From assembly GCF_009914755.1 (NCBI RefSeq), contig NC_060931.1: a stretch of 64,000 bases of DNA. One strand, given 5' to 3'. Each line of letters begins with the position of its first letter. Position 1 is the first letter of the stretch. The position numbers and the translations under genes were made by a program. The notes beneath the pieces were generated by a model. It did not search any database. It worked only from the letters and a program-made list of their open reading frames with translations, and was not told the DNA's origin. This DNA is from the human T2T-CHM13v2.0 reference genome, Homo sapiens. Positions 54,291 to 64,000 of this stretch are shown one piece after another.

Positions 54291-57200
54291 CAAGTATTTT
54301 CATAGTAGGCAATTATCAGACTTTTAATTATTTCTTTATATCTTTTAGGCAATTGGTTAGGCTTAGGCAAGTTTTCCTAACAATCAGCTGGATGTGCTAT
54401 ACCCATAAGATTAATTCAACCAGTGATCATATATGCATATTGTGAACACATAAACATCACACTCTATTAATTTGTAAACGTTTTTGAAAAGAAACACTTA
54501 TTAATTATATAATGTATTATTAGGCAATTATTTATCCAGTTTTTAAATAAACAGAGTTTCTACAATCCGTATTTTTCAACATATTAATTTAATGTAGGAA
54601 TTAATTGCCTGTGTTTCAAATTATAAGTTTTATCTTAATAAATGCTTACAGAATTAACAAGTCTACACTGTTAGAGTGATCCTAGACTTGTTAGTGAATC
54701 ACTAGGAGAGGATCAAGATGCCCAGACACTGAAGAGACAGTGTAGCAAGAATGCATCACACAGGAATGGGAGAGAATCAGAAATGAGAAGGGGAAGATGC
54801 CATAGAATCCATGACACTGAGCACTTAGTATGTCCCTAGTAAGACTTACTATGTATGAAGGAAGGTAACACTCAGCAACTAGCATCGTGGGAAAGAGCCT
54901 AAGACAGAACAGATGGAGTAAAATTGTAAGCACTTCAGCACGCAATACCAGAGACAGGAGTTAAACATATTGCACTAATATTCTAAATGCTGTCACAATG
55001 GAACGATTTAACTCAGTTCAGTGTTTGGGACATCACTATCACCATAGCTAATTACAGGGGAATCCACATGAAGCAATAATTGCTTAGAACATATTCAAGG
55101 GCCAGGACTGCTTTCATCTGTGAATTTTGACTTTAAATCACTGCCTGTAAATAATCACAGCCAAATATTTGTTGATTTCTCAAAATTTTGCCATTGGATT
55201 ATTAAAATTTTGCCATTTTAATAATGTCACAATATTATAACATAGTTTACTGACTGTATATATGCCTCAATATATAATTGAATTAGTTATGCTGTTTGTT
55301 TTAAATGTTAATAATAATCTTTCATTAGATCACTTTCACTCCTCCACATGACTTCCAGAAACAATTTGCTAGGTTATAAAAGTATTTTCCTTTGGATTTT
55401 TTACTAATATTTCATGAAGATATATAGGTTGGCTTTGAAACATTGGTGTTTGATCACCTCATTCAAGAAAATGCCGTTTCTTCAGATATCCAAGTCACTT
55501 TTATCTCCACTTGCAAACTTTTATAGTCTTGTTTTGTAGGTTATGCATCCTTCTCACAGTATATCCTGAAGAATTTTAAATGTTAGTTGCTATAGTGAAG
55601 GAGATCTTATATATTCTATGCAGCCAGAAGGGGCTCATCATGGGGGTATTAATTTTTATATATTTATAATATGTGCACTATTTATTGGACTTTTCTAATA
55701 ATATTTGGCATTGATTGGAGCCTTTAGTGCCTCCTTGTTCAATACCATGGGTATGTCTGTATTGATATAGAATTGAGTCTCAGCAGACTAGAAGACTCTG
55801 AAATATCTGTCAGAAACTAAAATCTTGTGGGAATGCCTGAAGTGAATCTCACCTTTAGAAGGGCAACAAAGTGAGAAACTGGTTAATTTTGGACTCTATA
55901 ATGGATACTATTAGATTTTACTCTTGAAACATCTGGGTGGCAGAGGTCAATTAAGCATGGTTGTTGAGGAACTGGAAAGTTTTTGTTGTAGTCTTTTGCT
56001 GTACCATCTATTTACAGAAAGTATTATTTTTAAACTTTTGCAAATATAATTTTATGTTTTTCCCTAATTTATATTGCTGCCAAATGGGAGAGCACAGGTC
56101 TAAATTATTGTACCTGCCACACCTACATGAGGTGGAAAATACCATGAAAGTATCTTTGTGCAGAAAGGGAGGATTCATGGTGCTTTCATCTGTGGACCTC
56201 CAGTGGCAGGAGGACAATCCAGACCTAATTTAGAGCACGGTGGGAAACATACCTTTTCATTTTATATCTTTAAAAATCTATGGAGGGGAAGTAACTGATT
56301 CACACAATTTAGACATTGGTTTATCCTGTGTACTTGGGCTGCTCAAACAGGGCATATAATTCCTAATTCCAAGGGAGGATAATAAGGTCTTCTTTTCTTG
56401 CAACCCAAAGAGGTTGAGCATTCATATATATTTTTTCAAAGTCAAAAAAAGTACCTATCTGGGAAAACCCAAACAAGCTGTGAGATTGCTATTAGTTAAA
56501 TGATTATCTTAAGCATAGATATATACATGGAAGCACATGGAGTTGCATTAGCCAACTCTTGTTTGGTATATATTAATTCTACTTCTCTTATTAGCGTAAT
56601 AGTGGGACTTCAAGTAGGTAGTCCTTGATTATGCTATACATTCATTACGATCTAGGACAGAGGATAAATTTAGCCCTCAGATACATTGGTTTTTGCCTTC
56701 ATGTTTCATTTTTTAACATTTACATTGACATTAAAATATATTGTTTATGTGTCTAAGTTTATACCACCATTTAAATATTAGTAATCAACATTTTTAGTTT
56801 TTCTTAGAAACAGAAAGGCTGCTCTGCCCATGACTGGAATTCACATCCACAGGGGCCCCCTTTAGATGAGCATGTGCCCCTGGCATTTGCCATGAATTGT
56901 CAAACAATGTTTTGGTCACATTTATATCTGCCTCCTCCACTAATTTTAGCTTCATGTCTGGTTCCTGAAGGCAGATAGAACTCTCATTTGCATTTCTGTA
57001 ATTCATTTTTATAGACTATTGCTGTATTTCATCAGAGGTAACATAAAGATTAAATAGAGTCCTTCCCTGTCAGTTCTACAGCTGCCTGAGAAAGTTTTGT
57101 CTTTAATGTGAAACAAATTCTTTTCTATCTTCTGTTTTCCTTTCCTCTTAGCAAAGATCCAAGTAATAAGGAAGTTTCAGGAATCATGGATATGTTAATT

Positions 57201-57839
57201 TCGTCTTTATATATGTATGTTTCCTACACGTTATCGGGAAGGGAACAGTTAGATACGTCCCTTGTCAAAGAATAAACATTATCTTCTGGGTTAAATTTGA
57301 TTCAGAAAGATTATGATTATAAGTATTTGAATAGCATTATGCAATATATAAAAGATGATCAATTATAGTACATCTTTCTTATTTTTGGAAATAACTTGAA
57401 CTATGTACTATGCTGTCAAGCTCAAAGGGTATCAGAAGAGTCAAACAGACAGGTGAATATGTCTAGGCATATGTTTTGGGTGGACAGGGATGCACTTCCA
57501 GCCAGCTTCTCTGATGCTGATTCCTGGTTTTCTCCACTACACCATGACTTCATGTTTCTATCACCACCATGAAGTGCTTCTCTAGTCCTTGAAAGGAAAT
57601 GTAAAAATTGATATTTTCACTGTCTCCCCAGGTTTATGGTTTAACCACTATGCAGCTTAGGGAGAGCTAGATCCTGTAGAGAGGAGAAAAAGGTTAAATA
57701 TCTTTAAAGCAGGTGACTGGCTCCAAGGTTCTTAGGTTACCATAAATGAGAAAATGAGTTCTTAAGCAAAGAGAAGGAGCTTGCTTTGGAAGAAATCATT
57801 TCTTAAGAAGCCTTGATGTGCAGAAGGGACTTACTAGCT

Positions 57840-58060
57840 ATTTTGTACCAATTACTATGTATTCACAACCTTTCATTTGTGATCTTGTTGAATAATTTAT
57901 AAAGTGTCATGTCATCATCAGAAAGCCATATGAGGTAGAAAACAATCCTAAGTATTTACAGATGAGAAAACTGAAGTTTTGTGTGGTTAACATACTCATA
58001 GTTAATACTCTGAGTAAGTGGCTGAGAGAGGGTTTTAGCCCAGGACTCTCGAGGTTGAGT
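57840..58060 (-). mobile_element. MIR SINE
   Basis: tatgaggtag...atttacagatgagaaaactgaagt...agtaagtggctgagagagggttttagcccagg. Confidence 0.7.
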
Positions 58061-59864
58061 CTATTATAGCTGTCAGGGGTGCTAGAAGGCAGCTATTTTC
58101 TTGCAACTGTTCTGTTTCCCAAGTTTCTTCTTTATTAATCCATTGCACTCCGATCTACCTTCATGAGACTTCTCTGATTAAAGACACCTACATTGCAAGA
58201 TCAGAATCTGTCAGGCGGCCACAGATTGATTTTCTTACTACCAGAGCAGAAAAACACATTTTCTATTTCCCATATAGATTTTTCAGTGCAGCTGTGCAGG
58301 TAATAAACTATTGGCACATTCAGATTATGGGTGATGCACAAAATCTAGATGTGTTGTATATGATCTTCCAAAAATGCAAATTAAAATGGTATTTGCTTCA
58401 TCCTTCAGCTCTGGTGTTTCATCACCCAATGTCACTACAACAGTCTGACAGAAACTGCAGGAACAGGCAGAATAGAAAATGTTAGATTTGGAAATTCTGG
58501 TAAACTTTATTTAATATGCACCCTATGCAGAGAGACATGGGGAAGATATGCCTATGTTTGGAGCAATATCTTTATCAAATTAGCAGGACAAAATGAGGCT
58601 AAAGGCATGACATATCTTATTGTCCACAGCCAGTCTTGTAGCTCAGAGTTCTCTGGCACTGGGCTTAAAGGAAAGACCACAACTGGCTATTTAAGAGACA
58701 ATATTTACAAGAAGGTGTCCAGTGGAATGTCAGTGCCCATGGAGGTAACATCTTTCCCTCTCTTCATGTTTCTGTGTTGGTCCTTAGTTTAGGATTTTTA
58801 TCAAACATTTCTACATTATTGGGAAGTTCTGGTGGACTTTCGCCACCATTTTTACCTTCTCAGGAAAGTGTTTAGAAGGAAGGGTCTGTCATTTCTTCTA
58901 GCCCCTCACTTTTCCTCCACAAGGGAGAAGGGGTGGTTATACATTGGAGGGGGCTGGAGTAAAAGTCCCTTCATATGTGTGATCTCCTCTCCCACTTACT
59001 TTCTCTCCAATATGCCTCACTACAGGAAGCATGCCTCCGGAAAACACTTCTCTGGTTTCCTCTAGTCTGTTGGATAAAAACTAAGTCAGTCATGGTCCTC
59101 AGGGAAGCTGGTTGGATGATTATCTGCTGTTCATATCCTAGTAGTGTCTCACTAGCCTTAAATACTGGTCCCATGACCCACTTTAGGGAAGAAAAAGGAA
59201 GCATTTGCTTTGGCCTGATACTAAATCTCATTTTCCAGATCGTAATTATCATTGACAGCACTGGCATTTTTATTCCTGTCTGACTGTGGTTTCTGTCTTT
59301 GATTCTGAACATAAAGAGAGATAAAGTATTTCAAGTGTAGTGACCCATTGTCTTGCTGACATTAGCTTAGAAAAAGCAGAACACAGCAGAAGGAGGGCAA
59401 GCCTTGCAAGAGGTCACCACAGTCTAGAAACTTGGTTTGCCAGGGAAACTAGAGCTCATCAGGACCTTGGAAATGGCATTCAACAAACAAATCATAAGGC
59501 ACTACAGCTTAGCAGTGTGAATATATCATCAGGCAGTGAGAGGAAAAATGTTCAAGTATCCCACTCTCTGGGACCCACGTTTATCTCTTGTAGGGATATC
59601 TAAATGGCATTCTTACTGGAAACAAAGATGGCCTTGACTGAGGGGAAAGACAGTGCACTGGATGATCCTGTTGGCCCACATTAGTAAAGTTGGCAATCCA
59701 CCACAGAATCACCATTGGGATAAAGTATCGCCATGTGACAGCACATGGAGTCTCCAGCACTGGAGACAAACTGAAAGGATCTTGGTGGTGTGGTAGGGGG
59801 AGGCCTTTATCTAAAGTCCACACCAGTGACTTTTCTCCTACTACTTTATTATCTCTCTAGACAC

Positions 59865-60095
59865 AGGGGCTAAGGGTATGGGCTCTAGGGAAAGACAAGA
59901 TCTGTGTTTGAATCCTAGATGTGTTATTTACTAGCTGTATGAGCCTTGGACACAAACCCCATGAGCCTCAGTTTGCTCGTCTGAAAAATGGAGATGACAA
60001 TTACACCTACCTAATTGGTGTGGTGTGAAAGTCAAATTAGTGCTATGCATGTAAAGTACAGTGTCTGGCTTGTAATAAATAAGCAGTAATTATAA
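59865..60095 (+). mobile_element. MIR SINE
   Basis: tgtgtttgaatcct...ttactagctgtatgagccttgg...gagcctcagtttgctcgtctgaaaaatggagatgacaat. Confidence 0.85.
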
Positions 60096-60574
60096 ACTAC
60101 TGGACCTCAAGTGAAAAAGCCTTTGGCAGTAGCCCTAGTAAGAGCTTTAGTGTAGATGTTGTTTGAACAAAGGTTCTGCGAGGCAAATGTGCGAAGCAAA
60201 CTAAACCTTCCTTTGCAAGACAGGAATAATAGTTCTCAGAAATGAGAGGCAAATGTTCTGTCTTTAAATAGAAATTATGACTGTTTTGTAACTGATGGGC
60301 TCTATGAGTGTGTCAAGAGCACATGCTTTGTGGTTAGATAGACAAAGATACGCATTCCAGATCTCTGGCTTAGTAACCCAAAGCTTTGCTTCTTTAGGAT
60401 TAGGGAAAATAAGCATAACTATTTCAGAAGATTCCTTTGGATAGTAAAAATAAGGTGCTTAGCTCAATTGCCCAATAAATAGTTGGTCCTTACTGACAAG
60501 TCAATACCATGCCTGCAGCAGCTATCACAGGTGGCATAGCCATGGCCTAGTAAATCCCAGATTTATCTCTCAGT

Positions 60575-60810
60575 CATCTTTCTGTCCTTCCATTTTCCCA
60601 TTCTCTCATCCTTCATTTCTTCACTCATTTCATCCTTCTATCCTTCCTTCGTCCAGTCTTCCCAATCTACCATCCTTTCATTCTTCTATCTGTTCATCCA
60701 TTTATCCTTCAATCCTCCCTTCTTCACATTCCCTTTCCACATATCCTTCCCTCCATCTTCCATCCTTCCAACCTTTCATCTGTTTATTCATTCATGCTTC
60801 CATCCTTCTA
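60575..60810. repeat. Degenerate (TCCA/TTCC/TTCA)n pyrimidine-rich low-complexity tract
   Basis: Repeated catcc/ttcc/ttca units over about 235 bp. Confidence 0.8.
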
Positions 60811-61874
60811 CTCTTGCATGCCGACCTCCTCAGGATTTTTGACTAGATTCACACAGAGGCTTCACACTAAGATTCTGGAGGCACACGTGTCTTCAAGGTG
60901 ACTTAGGGGACACTGGAAAGGCTGGCTATCTATAAAGAGTAAGGAAGGAACGCTAGCCATGACAGCTCATCTTAAATCAGAGAAGCTTCTGATTTGAAGA
61001 AGGAAAGAATTCTTTGAAACCTTAGGACTACATTATCCCCAAGCGTCCTTGGAGCTGTGTTCAGTCTGTGCATGCTGGGATGGTGCAATAGTCACTGTGT
61101 GGACTGACGTGCTGTTGTCCTTGCCATCCCTGCTGTAAATATTTAATTAATCGATTTAGGATCTGGAATCTTATTCAGGAGGCTGAAATGAATTCTTCTA
61201 GACCTAATAAAGTTCTTAAGCAAAATTATCTCCTTGCTATTTGGAATAATTCAAGGTACAACAAGACAATTAGTAGCATGAAATAAAATGGTTATTTACT
61301 CCATTGAAAGGTTGGTTAACTCAATGTCAAGTCTGTTGTGCTGTGTGTATAGCTGTAATTTCCCATGGTAAACTTATGTGTTTAATTATAGGGTCACCAA
61401 TCATGAGAATGCCAGTTAATTGCAAAATCTTAAAGTATGTATTAAACTTACATGCTATTTCTAATTGAGCTTTGATTTATTTAACATGATATGATTGTAG
61501 TTACTTTTATCAGCCACCATATTATTATTACTTTTGTTTTTTATCATTTTCAAAATACTTTCTATTATACAAGTATCCCTGGCTCTCAGAATGATGTTTT
61601 GCAGAAAAAATCTCTGTCAGAAGAGAAAACTGAAACTCAGGGACTTATGTAAGGTTTTGTGGCCAACACATGGCAAAGTCCAGGCTGGAACCTGGTAGTT
61701 AAAAGGGTTGAGTATTAGCCACACACACAGGGAAAGGAGAGCAAGTGGCCTGAGGAAAGGAGACACTCAGGACGTCCACTGAAGGTCAACATAGAGCAAA
61801 GCTTTGCTATGGCTCCAGATATGTCACCTTCAAGACACCCCAGCTAGTCTCTATGTCTCAGAGCACTAATCTAC

Positions 61875-62805
61875 TATGATGGTTCATTTAAGATGTCAGC
61901 TTGATGGGGCCACGGGATCCCAGATATTTGGAAATATTCTTTCTGAGTGCTTCTGTTAGGGTGTTTCTGGATGAGATTAATATTTGAATCAGTAGACTGA
62001 GTAAAGCAGATAGCCTTCCCTAATGTGGATAGGTCTCATTCTGTCCATTGAAGGTCTGAGTAGAATAAAACACTAAGAGAGAATTCCTTCTGTCCACCTA
62101 ACTGTCTTCAAGCTAGGTCACTGGTCTCCTGCCTGCAGACTTGGACTGGATAGAACTCCATCAGCTCTCTTGGTCCTCAGGTCTTTGGACTCAGATGAAA
62201 ACTACACCACTGGTTTTCCTGGGTCTCCAGTTTGCTGACTACAGATGTTGGACTTCTCCACCTCTATAACTATACCAGCTGATTTCTTATAGTAAATCAA
62301 TTTCTCTGTCTGTTTCTACATGTCTCTCTCTCTCTCTCTCTCTTTCCTTCTCTCTTTCTCTTCACACACACACACCCACCCCCCCACCCCCCGACACACA
62401 CACAAACACACACACATGTCCTTTGGTATCTGCAGGGTGTTGATTCCAAAACCCCCATGGATATTAAAATCCACACATGCTCAAGTCCGTTATATAAAAT
62501 GGTGTCATATTTGCATATAACCTGTGCGTATCCTCCCATATGCTTTAAATCATTTCTAGATTACTTATAATACCTAATACAATGCAAATGCTATATAAAT
62601 AATTGTTATACTATAGTTTTAATAAATAATGACAAGACAAAAAGGCTATACATGTCCAGTGCAGACACAACTATCTGTTTTTTTCCTTCCAAATATTTTC
62701 TATTTGCAGTTGGCAGAATCCACAGATGCACAGCTCACAGATACAGAGAATTCACAGATACATACACCCTTGGTTCTGTTTCTTTGGAGAACCCAGACTA
62801 ACACA
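61875..62805 (+). mobile_element. MLT2B/D-like ERVL solo LTR interrupted by (CT)n(CA)n and MER2
   Basis: tatgatggtt...gggtgtttctggatgagattaatatttgaatcagtagactgagtaaagcagat...ttggttctgtttctttggagaacccagactaacaca; TSD tctac / tttac. Confidence 0.88.
62415..62758. mobile_element. MER2 (TcMar-Tigger)
   Basis: tgctcaagtccgttatataaaatggtgt...tagattacttataatacctaatacaatg...gaatccacagatgca. Confidence 0.88.
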
Positions 62806-63058
62806 TTTACTATGTATTAACCCAGACTAACACATTTACTATGGTACTTTCTACTATAATCCTTTTGTAGTTTCAACACAATAGTTGTTTGGCCTTAAAG
62901 CATACTTTATAACAGTAACAATTAATATTTGTATGGATTTTTAATCTTCTATTATGTGTATTTTCACATCTAATCCTTTTAAAAGCCTGCATAACAAGGC
63001 ATTTATTACCATCTCAATTTACTGATGAGGAACTCCAGGCTAAAAGAAATGAAGTAAG

Positions 63059-63471
<413 letters not shown>

Positions 63472-64000
63472 TCAGCCTGTGCTTACCCACTCTGGAGCTG
63501 CCTCTTTAGAGCGGGGCCCTCTGCATTTGACAGTGAAGGCAAATGTGCTCAGCAAGATGGCATTGAAGCTTAAGCCCTCGATCTTTTCTCTATCAAATTC
63601 TGCGATGTTTCTGGTTTTAAAAGACCATTCCAAATTTAATAATTTGAAATGTGCTATTAAAGAACAGTCTTTTCAGTTGTGTTGCTTTAGAATGGACTGC
63701 ATTTTAAAATGTGCCTTTTTATTCAACTGCTTTCTACTTATTGCTCACCATTTATTCATGATATGTTGGCAAAGTACTGAATCTTAGTAATTTATATTTT
63801 CAGACAGAGGCTGGAGATTGCCTTTAACAAATTAAACATTATACTAATGCATGCAGGCAGCCACTGTTTGAATGAATTGGGAGAACAAGAATACCTATTT
63901 ATTATTATTTTCTTTCTAGATTCCTGTATCAGAGTTTAAGTTGTTTCAGAGCAAGAAATCACGAAGTACATTACTTATGTATCCTTTTTCCTTTTTGTTT

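Noticed and set aside
57610-57720. Possible + strand exon (ctccccAG...CAG|GTGACT)
   Set aside because: Moderate sites only, no supporting ORF or neighbouring exons
58832-59823. Cluster of 77-113 aa ORFs in unique sequence
   Set aside because: Overlapping on both strands, no recognisable domain or splice structure; consistent with chance

Overview
Primate (human-like) nuclear DNA, AT-rich and CpG-poor, apparently intergenic or deep intronic. Roughly two thirds (estimated by eye) is transposable-element derived. I find no host protein-coding exon, tRNA, rRNA, snRNA, CpG island or CRISPR array. The ORF-track entries are fragments of TE proteins (L1 ORF2, Hsmar1 transposase, MaLR ORF) or chance ORFs; an ERV-L pol/dUTPase remnant is also readable outside the track. 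Main content: four Alus; ancient L1M/L1ME, L2 and MIR remnants; MER20, MER53, MER33, MER5A and MER2 DNA-transposon fossils; many solo LTRs; three two-LTR MaLR proviruses (MSTA, THE1B, THE1C); a full-length Hsmar1; a 5'-truncated L1PA4-like element; and an internally deleted older L1PA. The 25.5-38 kb segment is a multi-layer nested TE stack with readable target-site duplications (TSDs). The most unusual sequence-level item is a 94-bp perfect palindrome built from alternately inverted 11-bp units at 23.65 kb. Subfamily names come from my recollection of consensus sequences and need RepeatMasker/Dfam confirmation. I see no convincing evidence of a new biological system; the findings are structural or evolutionary curiosities and testable regulatory candidates.
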